Shown here: positions 10,897 through 23,747 of the stretch, one piece after another | Layout of the letters: each line of letters starts with the position of its first letter | Numbering within the stretch: position 1 is the stretch's first letter | NCBI GenBank assembly: GCA_973895155.1 | Contig: OZ316894.1 | Location: 438,089-502,088, forward strand | DNA length: 64,000 bases | Reading direction: 5' to 3' | From: Marsupella aquatica | Lineage: Eukaryota; Plantae; Marchantiophyta | Translations under genes and position numbers: made by a program | The notes under the pieces: model-generated | What the model was told of the DNA's origin: nothing | Database searches by the model: none | Seen by the model: the letters and a program-made list of their open reading frames with translations, nothing else

Positions 10897-13800
10897 ACAG
10901 GAATCACTCGGCCGGTTAAGTGGGTAAAGCAGGAAGGCACCCTAGGAACACCTTAGTATAGGGACAAAACAAGGAAAATATAAACCATTAGGGGCAACCA
11001 TGGAACCCGGGCCGAGGCCGGAGGTAAGGATGCTGAGGGTGAAAACTCGATTAGGGTTAGGGCGCGTTAAGCGTCGGCGGCTAGGAAGGATCAACGGGAA
11101 GAAGGACCGGCAGAGGAGAGGGGTAAGGAGCGCTTGCAGGAGATGGTGGCTCATTTGCAAGCACGAACTAGGCAGACGACTACGGGAGGCCAACTACTGT
11201 CAGCTGCTTAGGCAAGCACTCGGGGAGAGAGTAGATACCGACGATCGACCTAAGGAGGGTATGAGCAACGTCAATCAAGCGGCACATTTCTGGGGATGCC
11301 TGTTCGAACGGGCAACTGAGTACATCAAGACTTACGAGGACGAGGAATCAGAAAGGGCAGCTCGAGAACGGCAGGAGCTCGCTCGATTGTGGGAGCTGCA
11401 GAAGACGGCTTTCTTAGGAGGCGAACTCATCAAGGACGAGTTCCTGTGGACGCCTACTTCCAATCAACTCGACGATCTTCTGTTTTGCAAAGACAGCGTC
11501 GTCGGCATCCGAGAGGCCATCAAGAACTGCAACGACATACACTGGGAATTAAAGGGTAGCACGGAAAGGTGGACCCAGGCAACGGTGCTAGGAGAAACCT
11601 CCACAGCAGCAGAGATGAAGAGGAAGGGAGCCGTCAACGATGAAGCCACCCCGGCAAAAAGAACGAGGTCGGCGGCACCAAAGAAGCCAGCCGAGCAGCA
11701 GAGCAGGAGGCAGGGAGAAGCCGAAGAGGAGGAGGTCGATCCCATCAAGGCCATTCCAACCAGGGATGACACCTGGAAGGGCTGGGCGGCAACCCTACCG
11801 GTGGAGGTGCAACTACATTTTGCACGGGAGGAGGATGCATGCTTTACGGCCATGCAGACCAAGAAGTACCAAGGCTTCATGGCCGGATCTGGCTTAGAGG
11901 CCTTTGTAAGATTACCATGGCTGAAGCCGGAGGTACCGGAGTCAGACCTATTAGAATTCGTGGGGTCATGGGAACCCGAGACCAATTGCACGAGGATATA
12001 TGGGAAGGATTTCTATCTTACTCCCAAGGTAATTGCCGAAGTGTTTGGCTTGCCGATAGGCAATAAGACCAAAGTTGATACCAGGAAGACCTTGCCTGAC
12101 AAGGAGTTCCGGTCGTTCCCCGGGCCATCAACGAAGAATGGCTTCTTCCGGAACACCTGCACCAACCCGCACATAGGAGAGATGATCGACTTCTTGCGGG
12201 TGACCATGCATTGTAACTTGCCGAGGGCAGAGATCGGCAAGGCACAGGTCTATCTGGCAGAAAGGCCAGACCCAAGCCGGGACTACAACGGGTACCTCCT
12301 CAACCAATTGAAGAAGATCTTAAAGGAGGAGCAACAGGTAATCGGCATGGGGAGCGTGTCGCGGCTTGGCTATCACATGCCGCTGTTGTGCCGGTATGCC
12401 AGAGGTCAGACTTTTGCCCCGGTACTTCCCCTGCAGGTAAGGGCACCCGAGGAAGCTCCAACGCCGAGGCCGTTGGCTGAGAAGCCTCAACCACCTGTTA
12501 GCCCTACGATCGAGCAGGTGTTTAGGCCCAGGAAGGAGGACTTGCCGATGCAGCAACCAGGCATGCAGAGTCTGCTGAAACTACTGGAGAACGAAAAGAA
12601 ATTGGCATCGGCAACAACAACGGCAACGGCAACAATGCACGACACTACTACAGAGGTAGGCCTACACCGGCTCACAAGAGAAAACCCCTTTGCTGGAGAC
12701 AAGGAGAGAATCAGGCCGGAATCCAAGCCCGGTGTTCGAATGTATGTGGGAATCTCAAGCTCCGAATCTGAGGCAGAATTGCCTGAAGCTCCTACCGACG
12801 AAGAGGAGAGGGAGAAGCCGGACGGCCAAGAAGTAGAGGAGGCAGTGGAGGACTGCAGCCATGATAATTCCGGCTATGGGTCGGACCATCACGTCCCAGG
12901 AGTAAGGACCTGTGGCCGGTTTGTCCCCACACTTCCAAGGGTAGTGCGAGGGGACCCCAACCAGCAGAGTAGCCCTGAGTCTCCCCCACCAGATGTTGCT
13001 CCCCCGAGCTTCGACGGCATAAAATAGACGGTGCAGGAATTTCAGGAGCGAATCAAGCACGAGGAGGAGGCAGCCCTGGCTAAGGAAAAGGATTTACCAG
13101 GAGAAGATTGGCCGGAGGACATCAGGCGGCTAGCCAAAAAAGGAAGCAAACCTCTAGCCACGATTGAAGAGATCCGCAGGACGGCTTGGGAGCAGAGGCC
13201 GCGATGGGCGATGCCGATCACTTCTACTTACTCCACCTACGCTAAGAATAGAGCCATGGAGTATGGTGAGATGTGTGGGGAACTTGCGCTCGGCATCTTT
13301 GGAGAGGAGTTGGAGGTAGGACCCTTTTTCCATAGGGAGCAGTTGGAGAAGCACCAATTAGAAGAAGCGGTGGCTTTAGAGAGAAGCAAGAAGGACGAGG
13401 TCATTCGGCGGCTTAGGAGGATGGAAGCCGAGATTGAAGATCTAAGGGCGGCCAAGAAAGCCCAAGATGAACTGCAGATTAAACGACATGAGCTGAACAT
13501 CATGCAGGGGCAGTTGGACACCGCGCAGGCTGATAATCAGAATATCAAGGATAAACTGACTCAGACGCAGGGAGAGTTGGCCGACACGATCAAAGAGAGG
13601 GAGAAGTGGAAGCAAGAGCTGAAGAATACAGAGGAGGCCCACATAACAGCCAACAGCCGGGCCATGGCGGAGACCCAAAGAAAGGAATGGGCGTTGAAAG
13701 GGGAGCTCGAGAAAATCCGTGGAGCCCTTGAGCAGAAGGAGGCCGAGTTAGGGAAATCCTATCAAGGGATTATGGCGCTGCAGCAGGAGCTTGCGTCCCT

Positions 13801-15544
13801 GACGGCCAGCTTCAAGGCCGACCTAAGGGAGAAGGACGAGATGCTCGAACAGACTTACGCCAAGATGAACCAGATGGAGTCTGTCATCATTGCAGAGCTC
13901 GACAAGGAGCTAAAAGCAACCCAGGAGGAGAGGACTACCTTGAAACAAGAGCGGGAGGAAGCCCAGAAGGAACTAGAGGAGGCACGCAAGGACCTGGATG
14001 AGACCCAGGAGGAGTTGGAGGAAATCACGAGGAAGATGGAGAACCTCCAGCGGCGGGCCGACAACCAAACGGAGCGGCTGAAGAAACAAGCCGCAGTATT
14101 TAAGTGCTTGTCTTCATCAGGCCCAACTCCAATTGGGGCAACCAAGTTACCAGGAGTGGTACTGGCCGAAAAAGCCGCGCCACCTGCACCAGTGCCGGAA
14201 GTAAGTGGGAAGGGGAAGGGACCAGCTGCCGAACCAGAAAAGAAGAAGAAGCGGAAACCTTCAGGGTCAAAGAGTAATCCGACTCCACAAGCCGTGGTGA
14301 CCAAAGAGGTAGAACCAGCACCATCCTCCGACATGAATACGGCAATAGATCCCGCTATGATCACAGGTGGGGGTGGTGCGGCCCAAGCCGAACTACTCAG
14401 TAAGGAGGCCGGTATTCCAGATCCGCCTCTTGAGCAGGCCGGGGAGACCGTAGCCGAGGCTGAGGCCGTAACCGATTCCCGAGCCGATGCCGACGCTGAT
14501 GGTGGACCCAGTCAGGCCGATGGAGAGTTGACTCAGTCAAGGGCAGGTAATCTGTCAGGGAATGAGCCTACGGCAGTGGCTGAGGAGGAAGCGTTGGGGG
14601 CGTCCATTAAGGATCCACCACCGGTGTCGTGACGGTGCAAGGGCGCCGTTCCTTTTAGGGAGGGCGGACGTGGAGGGAGGAGGCGTGAGTGGGCAGGGCG
14701 GGCGCGGATCTCCACGTTTAGGATTAGGATCAGAACCAGGAGCGGCCCTGACACTTAGCTTAGTGGGATTGCGGTCCCACTGGTAGGAGCAACACTTGTG
14801 CTCCTGCCTTGCTGTACATAGGTAGATTCAGGCAAGTAGATTACTGTTAAGTAGATTAGGCTTACGATGCAAAGAATGGCGGATCCACTACCAGGATAAG
14901 TACCTGGGCAGCGGGGAGCTCAGGGCCTCTTCTTTAGCAAGTTTTTAGTTTGCACCAGCCGGGCTGGGATCAAGTAGTACGAGAAGCTCTCGGTTAGTCA
15001 TACAGTGACCCTTGTGTATATTCATGTTTCCTCATGCCTAAGAGCTGAATAGAGTTGGCCTCACGGCTTAGTTCGCAGAACTTGTGTATGAGATGTACTG
15101 TTTGTATGGCAAGTGCATGGTATGACTCAGTCAGAATGAGTCATTTTGCTATTTGTGTGTCGCATTAACTTGTGTGAAGAGTGCCCACATCAACCAAAAG
15201 GAAGGAAAGTAAGCAGGGGAGTGAGAGTTGGATGTGTCGAGCTGAGAGAGGTCTTAGCGGCTTAACCAAGCCTATTGGGGATCATTCCGGCGGCGGAATC
15301 CAAACATACCTAACAAGATGGAGGGGAAGACAGGGGAAGGCCTAGATTAGGCCGGCTACGTATCTCATGACCCGATGAAGGATCTGTCCAGTATATGTGT
15401 GTAAAATGTTAATAGTAGTAGTAGAAGGTTAGCAGCGTCCCATGCCGCTAAGCCGCGGAAACGGCCTCGCCAAGCGCGAAACCCGCGGGAATCGGCTTGA
15501 GCTGGGGGGTTTCTTGGGTTTAGGGAGCCATGGGACGCACCACA
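10885..15544 (+). repeat. Family A giant LTR (4660 bp) containing a ~1210-codon reading frame
   Basis: Follows the PPT. Terminal inverted repeat TGTGATGC/GCACCACA (7 of 8). The same start is a free element end at 21414 (minus) and 46713. Confidence 0.8.
11000..14632 (+). CDS. Family A LTR-encoded protein (extra-ORF/PMD-like domain, coiled coil, basic tail), split by one in-frame TAG at 13025-13027
   Basis: ORFs 11000-13027 and 13031-14632 are in the same frame. GLEAFVRLPW...LLEFV...GKDFYLTPKVIAEVFGLP; heptad-rich 13330-14090; KKKKRK. Confidence 0.75.
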
Positions 15545-15919
15545 CTGCTCTGCTGTGACGCCGCTGGTATGGCGGGTAATGAATAATTCGGTCTAACCGC
15601 GCTTAGCACGCGCGTTAGGGGTATCTTAGGCAATTATTATTAGCATACGACAATATTTAAGTAGCCATTATGAGTAGGAAATCATTAGGCAATAAGGAGA
15701 GTCCGTGTTCGGGCTGGCGGCGGGTCGCCATTCGCACGCCCGGGTTGCGAGCGTGTAATGGGCCCCATTTTCCCCTCCCTCGGATCCGTATAACAAACTC
15801 CGGAAGGTGGTCACTGACACGAGCTGACCCGGACCGGCGAAGTGGTCGGTACACTGCGAGCATGAAAGGCTCGGCCTATAAGCGACGAGGAGGAGTCGGG
15901 CGACCGACAAGCTCTCAGG

Positions 15920-15928
15920 GTATAAAAA
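15920..15928 (+). promoter_or_regulatory. Candidate TATA box upstream of the family C ORF
   Basis: TATAAAAAG about 100 bp before ATG 16027; conserved in C2 (~31511-31521, minus). Confidence 0.5.
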
Positions 15929-16026
15929 GGGGGCTGATCCTTTGCAGTGCACCAGTTCTTCAGACCATGCGCCAGCTTTGACCCCAGCTCGCTCGTTCAT
16001 CCTTAGTCACCTGCTATCTCCTCTAA

Positions 16027-18651
16027 ATGTTGCACACGATCCTTTCTAGTTCGGCTATACGATTCTGGACACAGTTCTTGTCTATCGGAGGGCACTTGGC
16101 CGACTCATTGAAACATGCCAACCCGCGCTGATACAAGATCGAACGCGAATACGAGAGGGCCATCCGCCTAGCAGGCCGCCACCACTATCTCCTTAACTTT
16201 GATTACCCGTCCCAGAGCGAGCTCTACCGACCCGAAGAAATCTCGGGGTACTTCTTCAACTGGGGCAAATACATTGGATTCTGGAAAGCATTACTTTGGC
16301 TTCCAGACGCGGTCTTCTCTATCCCGGGCATGATCGATTTACAGTGGCACCACTTTGACCACATCCCCGCTCGGGTCCAGGCCATCATTAACAGCAAGTT
16401 TAGCATGACCCGGTCGACAAGACCGTCTACACTTGCTTTGGAAGATCTCTACCGGCACCTGCAGCACTTCATGGGAACCAGACCATCAACCAACGGTGCC
16501 GACTCAGCCGAGCCCGGGCCTGTGCCCGTGCCTGCACCTACACCTACACCTCCTTGATCTCAACCAAGCCGGTCCCACCACCGGTCCCACCCCCTCTCCG
16601 AGTATGGTCCGTGGTGAACGCGGTGAACATTAGTTCCAAAGATGAGGAGGCTCACCCTCCTTTGAATCGACGGCCATGGGGTACGACTCAACAAACGCCA
16701 AACACCCCAGCACCACTCGAGCAAGCCTGAGGGGATAACGCGGTAACTCTAGTGGCCTCGACACCAATACTCACGGCAGTCGCGCTACCACCACCTGACC
16801 GGGAAGAAGGAGAGATGTCCCCCTCTTCTAGTCACCTCGGGAATCAGTCTCGGGGTAGGAAGAGGAAGGAACCCGGATCCGTATCCGGGTTGCCGTTTGC
16901 CACGGTTGCGGTAGCCAAGCTGACCATGCATCGCATGGGGGACAACATTCATAAGAACATCCTCCACCCCAAGCATGCATGTTATCTGAAGACCCAAGGG
17001 TTTGAGCACCTCGCCTCTCTCCCTTGGAACGTAAGCAGGTACTACGGACAGGATATGACGGAGTTCATTCAGAAATTTGACGAGGCCCGTCAACAAACCC
17101 GAGCGCACGGGAGAGTGATGTGTCTCAATGAGGCACGTCTGAAGATGATTTTTGGCTTACCCGAGGGGATAAACCAAGTTGAATCACGGGCTCCTGGAGG
17201 CAAGGGAGCTAAATACCAGTCCTCTAGCTTCTTGGCCGAGGGGGTAGTGGACAATGGGTTCTTAATGAGGACGTGCCTCATCCCGGAGGTAGCAAAATGC
17301 TTGGAGTTCCAGCATTATGCCCTCCATATGATGGAACCCAAAGGCAAAATATTGGCCGCCCAGGTCATCCAGGTGGAGAATTATCGGCCCAGGAAGTGGG
17401 CGTCCTACTTCGTCAAGAAGTTCCACAAGGAGATGGAGCGGAGGAGAAAGACTTTGAACCTTGGCGGCAGGGCATACTTTGCTAGCCACATCAAAATAAT
17501 CATCGAGTGGTACGCTCGTTTAGACCGCCGCAGCCTCCCGCGTAGCAACGAGCCCGAGCTGACCCCGTCAAGATGGGTGTTCCCAGCCCAGGTGAGGTGA
17601 CCGCAGCCCGAGGCCCAAAGTCTGGCAGCTGCAAGCCCTACTACCCCGACCCCGCAACCCGCCGTTGCTGCCCCGCCAAGCACACCCATAGATGTCATCG
17701 CAACCTTAGACGCAATCAATCGGGGCAATACAATTGAAGCCGGGCCGGATGAAGCCATACCCGAAGCAGAGGCCACGGTAGCCGAGGGGATTCAGTCACC
17801 CCCCACGGGTGTACCGGAGAACCACCCAACTCTAGTGGAACCAGCCCCTTTGACCAACTTACCTCAAGGGCTGGATGTATCCACTCCTACACCCCACGGG
17901 TTGGAGTCTGCCCGTGCCCGAATCCAGATGGACACAGTCTAGACCATCCGGAACTCTTTGCGCCGGGCATGTTTCTAAACGGGTTGTTGGGAGATTTCTC
18001 TCAACAGATCTCTCGGGATACCGGGGAATACATGGCCCGGAGGGTGGCCTACTTCTTCAACCAGGAGTTGGTTGCGGTTGTAAGGGCGGGACATGCGCAG
18101 GCAGAAATGGCGCAGAGAATAGAGTGATATCGGGTTGAGTCTGCCTACCTGAAGGACAAAGTGGCAACCCTGGAGGCTGAACTCCAGCAGCTGCGGCCTC
18201 AGGTAACGGCCACGGAGGACCAGGTTGCCGAGGCTAGGGCCCAGGCAGTTTTAGCAATACAGGCCGGGCTCGGGAAGGACGCCAAGATCACGCGGCTCCG
18301 GACCAAGATTGACGGTTTGAAGGGACAAGCTGTCAGGTGGCAGAAGGATTTGGAAGAAGCTGACTCCAGGTCTCAACGGGACACAGCCAAGATTGACACC
18401 CTGAAGGCAGAGGTGGCGCGGCTTCAAGAAGAAGCCATGAAACAGGCCCAGTTGGAGGACAAGCTGACGAGCAACACCCAACAATTGGAGGAGGCATGTT
18501 AGGAGGCCGCGGAAGAGGCAAACACGGCGAAGCAGGAGAACAAATCTCTGCTGGACCAGGTCCAGCTACTTAAGCAGGACGCCGACAGGCTCATAAGGCA
18601 GCGGGATAGCCGCTCCCACTTGGGCGGTTCTGGCAAGCGTGCCAGGCATTA
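16027..18651 (+). pseudogene. Decayed family C LTR ORF (~870 codons)
   Basis: Fragments 16330-16557, 16752-17600 and 18161-18502 match the C2/C3 protein; several CGA>TGA and CAG>TAG stops. Confidence 0.85.
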
Positions 18652-19534
18652 GGGGCGGGGTAGGATTATGATAGAGTTAGGATATTGAGACAAGCACCTG
18701 CCCTAGTTAAAGCAGTACTGCCATGCCAGCCAGCCTGCGTAAATTAGGATCTTCTAATAAGACAAGCCGTCTTCCGGCCTGACAGTCAGCTTAGATTAGG
18801 ACCTTAGATTAGCGAATCTTCGGGTGCGAGGGCACTCCGCCCTTACTATTTAGTGCACCCCTCGATAGAGGCAAGGGGGGGTGTTTTTAGTCTCAGAGTT
18901 GGGCATCCGCGCTATGTGCGGGGAGTCCCAACCTCTGGGAGTGAAAGAGTACCAAGGGGAGGGGGTAGGACTAAGCTCGTTGGGCAAGTGCGGAGCCAGG
19001 CTTCGTTGTAGTGTACTCCCTCGGCCTTGGACCTGTTCATTCCAGAGCTGTCGGGTCAGCCAAGTGTACGCGTATGTCCCCTATGTAGTAAAATCCTTTC
19101 CATTCATTTCCTTCGTGTAAATTGAGATTGTATGCTTATGCGTGTGTATATGTGTGCGCATCTCGTGTATAGGTGCCAATGTCGGGCCGAATGCACTACC
19201 CAAGTCGTGCACGGGGTGCAGCCTGTGGGTAAGTGGTTGCAAGCACGGGTTGAGTACCCGTATCATCAAATCCGGATCGAAGGCGGACAACACGAAGGCT
19301 TAGAAGCCTTAAGCTGGGGTCAATCCTGCTATCGTCTAAGGTACATTCCGGCGGCGGAACACAAACCATACCTAGGAGGTGTCCGTATTTAACAGTAGGC
19401 GCACTTAGCGCTAGTTTACGTGAATTAGGTGCATTCCGTGCTTCCCTCCCTGCCCGAACCCTCATATTTACGAAGGATGTGCCTGTCTAAGCTGAAGCCC
19501 GAATTAAGGTCAAGGCTAACAACGTGACATCTGC

Positions 19535-21304
19535 CTCGGATTCGGGGCTGCAGGCTCCCACATACATTCGAACTCCCGGCTCATGTTCTGGCCTCCTTCT
19601 CTCCTTGGCTCCGGTAAAGGGGTTTTCCCTCCTGAGTTGGCTTAGGCCAACTTCTGGGGCAGTGTCCTGTACCGGTGGCGTTGCCGTTGCCGGTCTCTTC
19701 TCCTTCTCCAGCAATTTCAGCAGATTCTGCATGCCTGGTTGCTGCATCGGCAAGTCTTCTTTCCTTGGCCGAAACACTTGCTCGATCGTAGGACTGGCGG
19801 GCTGGTTGGGCTTCTCTGCTACCGGCCTCTGTTCTGGAACTTCCTCGGGTGCCCTTGCCTATAGGGGAAGTACTGGGGCAAAGATCTGACTTCGGGCATA
19901 TCAGCACAATAGCGGCATGTGATAGCCAAGCCGCAACATGCTTCCCATGCCAATCACCTGCTGCTCCTCCTTCAAGATTTTCTTCAGTTGGTTGAGGAGG
20001 TACCCGTTGTAGTCCCGACTTGGGTCTGGCCTTTCTGCCAGGTAGACCTATGCCTTGCCGATCTCTGCCCTCGGCAAGTTGCAATGCATGGTCACCCGCA
20101 AGAAATCGATCATCTTTCCGATGTGCGGGTTGGTGCAGGTGTTTTGGGAAGAAGCCATTCTTCGTTGATGGCCCTGGGAACAACCGGAACTCCTTGTTAG
20201 GCAAGGTCTTCCTGGTATCTACTTTGGTCTTATTGCCCATCGGCAAGCCAAACACTTCGGCAATCACCCGGGGAGTGAGATAGAAATCCTTCCCATACAC
20301 CCTTGTGGAATTGGTCTCGGGCTCCCATGATCCCACAAATTCTAATGAGTCTGAATCTGGCACCTCCGGCTTCAACCATGGTAATTTTACAAAGGCTTCC
20401 AAGGTGGATCCGGCCATGAAGCCCTGGTACTTCTTGGTCTGCATGGCCATAAAGCATGCATCCTCCTCGCATGCAAAATATAGTTGCACTTCCTTGGGAA
20501 GGGTCGCCGCCTAGCCTTTCCAAGTGTCATCTTTTGTTGGAATGGCATTGATGGGATCGACCTCCTCCTCTTTGGCTTCTCCCTGCTTCTTGCTCCCCTG
20601 CTCCGCTGGCTTCCTGGGTGCTGCCGACCTCGTTCTTTTTGCCGGGGTGGCCTCTTCGTTGTTGTTTCCTTTCCTCTTCATCGCGGCTGCCATGGATGTT
20701 TCTCCTAGCACGGTTGCCTTCGTCCACCCCTCCGTGCTACCCTTCAACTCCCAGTGCACGTTGTTGCAGCGGTTGATGGCTTCTCGGATACCGATGATTC
20801 TGTTTTTGCAAAACAGAAGGTCGTCGAGCTGATTGGCAATAGGAGTCCACAAGAACTCGGCCTTGATAAGTTCTCCTCCTAAGAAGGCAGACTTTTGCAG
20901 CTCCCACAGTCGAGCAAGCTCCTGCCGTTCTTGAGCTGCTCTCTCCGATTCTTTGTCCTCGAAAGTCCCAATGTGTACTCAGTTGCCCGTTCAAATAGGC
21001 ATCCCCAGAAATGAGCAGCTTGATTGACGTTGCTCATACCCTCCTTGAATTGATCGTCGGTATCTGCTCCCGCCCAGAGTGCTTGCCTAAGCAGCTGATA
21101 GTAGTTGGCCTCACGTAGTCGTCTGCCTAGTTCGTGCTTGCAAATGAGCCACCATTCCTCGCGAGCGGTCCTTACCCCTCTCCTCCTCTGGTCTTCCCTC
21201 CCGTTGGTTACCCCTAGCCGCCGACACCTAGCGCGCCCTAACCCTAATTGTTCTCTCTCCCCCGGCGTCCTTACTTCCGGCCTCGGCCCGGGTTCCATAG
21301 TCAC
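19535..21304 (-). pseudogene. Frameshifted copy of the family A LTR ORF
   Basis: Fragments 20879-21304, 20511-20852, 19581-20489 and 19487-19777 match consecutive parts of the 11000-13027 protein. Confidence 0.88.
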
Positions 21305-21414
21305 CCTTAATTGTTTATATTTTCCTTGTTTTTTGTTACTATACTAATGTGTTTCCAGGGTACACTCCCATTTTCCCACTTAATTGGCCTAGTGATTCCT
21401 GGCTAAGCATCACA

Positions 21415-23747
21415 GTATTCCCTGATGGTCAAAACTGAAATCGACAAGCTAGTGGAAGCCGGATTCATCACTCCAGTCCTACACTCGGGCTGGGTATCTC
21501 CAATTGTGATAGTTCCCAAGAAAGCGGGACCCGATGGTAAACCCAGAATCCGGGTTTGTCAAGATTACAAGAAGTTAAATGAGGCTACATTGAAAGACCA
21601 TTTTCCTTTACCCTTTACTGATATGGTGCTAGACATGGTAGTCAGTCATGAACTATATTCATTCATGGATGGGTACTCTGGTTATAACCAAATCAGGATT
21701 AGGCAGGAGGACCAAATCAAGCGGCTTTCATCACGGAATGGGGGATCTATGTCTTCAATCGTATGCCGTTTGGACTCTGTAACGCACCAGCTATGTTCCA
21801 ACAATTAATGGTGAACATTTTCCATGATTACTTGAGAAAGTTCATGGAAATCTTCAGTGATGACTTTGCAGTATTCAGGAAGGCATCAAAACATGCTAAA
21901 TACCTAAGGAAGACCTTCATGAGATGCAGAGAGGTAGGTCTCAAGTTACACCCAGATAAATGTTTCTTTGGAGTAACAGAGGGTGTGCTGCTAGGTCACA
22001 AGGTATCTAAGAAGGGCATTGAGATTGACAAGGGTAAGCTAGCAGTATGGCTAGATATTATGCAACCTAAGAACATAAAGGATGTGAGATCCTTCTTGGG
22101 GTGCATTGGGTAGTATCGCCGGTTCATCAAGGATTTTGCCAAGCTAGCTTTACCGTTGACCAACATGCTCAAGGCAGGTGCGGACTTCAAACCCACACTA
22201 GAAAGAGTAACAGCTGTGGTGGAATTAAAGCAAATGTTAGTGGAGGCCCCAGTCATGATAGCACCAGACTGGAACAAGGATTTTCATGTCTTCGTAGATG
22301 TCTCAGGCTTCTGTATCGGCTCAGTACTAAGTCAGTTGGATGAGAAAGGAAGGGACCATCCCAGATACTTTGCAAGCCGCCAGCTTGCCGATGCCGAACG
22401 AAACTACTCCACCACAGAAAGAGAAGCATTAGGAGTCATTTATTCTTGTAAAAAGTTTAGGCATTATTTGCTAGGGTACAAAGTAATCTTTCATACTGAT
22501 CATGAAAGTTTGAAGTACCTAGTAAATAAGCCGGACCTTACAGGCAGGGTAGCAAGATGGATTTTTCTATTACAGGAATTTGACTATGAGCTAAAAATCA
22601 AGTCGGGAAAGCTGCACGCCAATGCCGATTTCTTTTCAAGGATCACAGGTGAACCTACCACAGATTGCATCGATGACCCTGATACATGGTACCCTGAGAT
22701 TTTGCAATTTCTCAGCACGACCAGATTTCAGCCAGGGCTAACCCGAGAACAAGCCGCAGTCTTTCTGCAGAAGGTTAGACAGTATCAGTGCATTAAAGGC
22801 GTGCTCCACAGGTTTGGAATCAGCGGCATGATTCAAAGGTGTTTGGAGAAGGGAGAGGTAAAACGAGTCTTACGAGCTATGCATGGAGAGGAAGCCGGAG
22901 GACATTTTTCTCCAATAACCACGTCTAAAAAGATATTAGATGCCGATTACTGGTGGCCCACCTTGCACAAAGATGTCTATCAGTTTATCAAACAATGCAA
23001 TCCTTGTCAACGAGCGGGAGGACCAAGGGCGTCCACAAGACATCCTCTGCACCCTATTCTACCTCTGGCACCATTCGAGAAGTGGGGTATTGATTTCATT
23101 GGACCTCTGAAACCATTGACCCATCCTCGGAGAAACAAGTACATAATCCTGGCCACGGATTATGCAACTAAGTGGGTGGAGGCCAGGCCGACAACGAAGG
23201 ATGATGCAATTACTACGGCTCAATTCATGTATGAGCAGATCTTCACCAGGTATGGCGCACCCCTAGAATTAGTTAGTGATAGAGGAACCCATTTTCTGAA
23301 TGATATAATTAGTCGTTTAAATGAGCAGTATTTAGTTAGACATAGGCCTACTACTCCTTACCACCCAAAGGCAAATGGGTTGACAGAACAAGCCAACGGG
23401 ATTATAGGAAAAATATTAAACAAGACTGTAGCTCAGAACAAACTCGATTGGGATGATAAATTGTTTGCTGTTGTTTTTGCTTACAATTTAGCCTATAAAT
23501 CCACTACCGATCATACACCCTTTTTCTTAACCTTTGGGCAGGAAGCTCTGGTACCCCTGCAACTTGAGATACCTACATTTCAAGTTACAATTGAGGAAAG
23601 AGTCTCAGAGGAGGAAAGCCTAAAGGAGCAAGAATATAGATTAGAAGCTTTAGAAGAGGCAAGAATGATTTCAGCCGAGAGAGTAGAATATAGACAAAAT
23701 ACCATGAAGCAACAGTATGATAAAAAGTTGAAACCAGTTAGTATTCA
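21415..23747 (+). pseudogene. Gypsy pol pseudogene (RT, RNase H, integrase); its C-terminus continues at 31885-32132
   Basis: WVSPIVIVPKK, DYKKLN, DHFPLP, DGYSGYNQI, MPFGLCNAP, FSDDF. Has frameshifts, a stop at ~22111 and a 12-aa deletion relative to A1. Confidence 0.92.

Larger units (their letters stand above)
9069..15544 (+). mobile_element. Ty3/gypsy element copy A1 (Athila-like non-chromovirus): 3' pol plus 4.66-kb 3' LTR
   Basis: RNase H and integrase, then PPT AAGTGGGGAG, then LTR TGTGATGC...GCACCACA. Confidence 0.85.
15554..19529 (+). mobile_element. Family C unit C1 (3976 bp), apparent giant solo LTR
   Basis: TGTGACG...CGTGACA termini; TSD TCTGC at 15549-15553 and 19530-19534; no gag/pol, PBS or internal LTR pair. 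Confidence 0.88.
15545..21414 (-). mobile_element. Family A LTR copy A2 (5' end of an element or solo LTR), inserted into the RT of copy A3 and interrupted by C1 and A1
   Basis: The minus strand begins TGTGATGCTTAGCCAGGAATCACT at 21414 with no PPT upstream. It is collinear with A1 10885-~12780 across 21414-19530 and 15553-15545. Confidence 0.85.

Noticed and set aside
15554-19529. Units C and D as TIR DNA transposons
   Set aside because: Inverted ends are only 6-7 bp and imperfect, with no DDE motif in the ORF; TG...CA ends, 5-bp TSDs and the hairpin shared with LTR A fit retroelement integrase products better.
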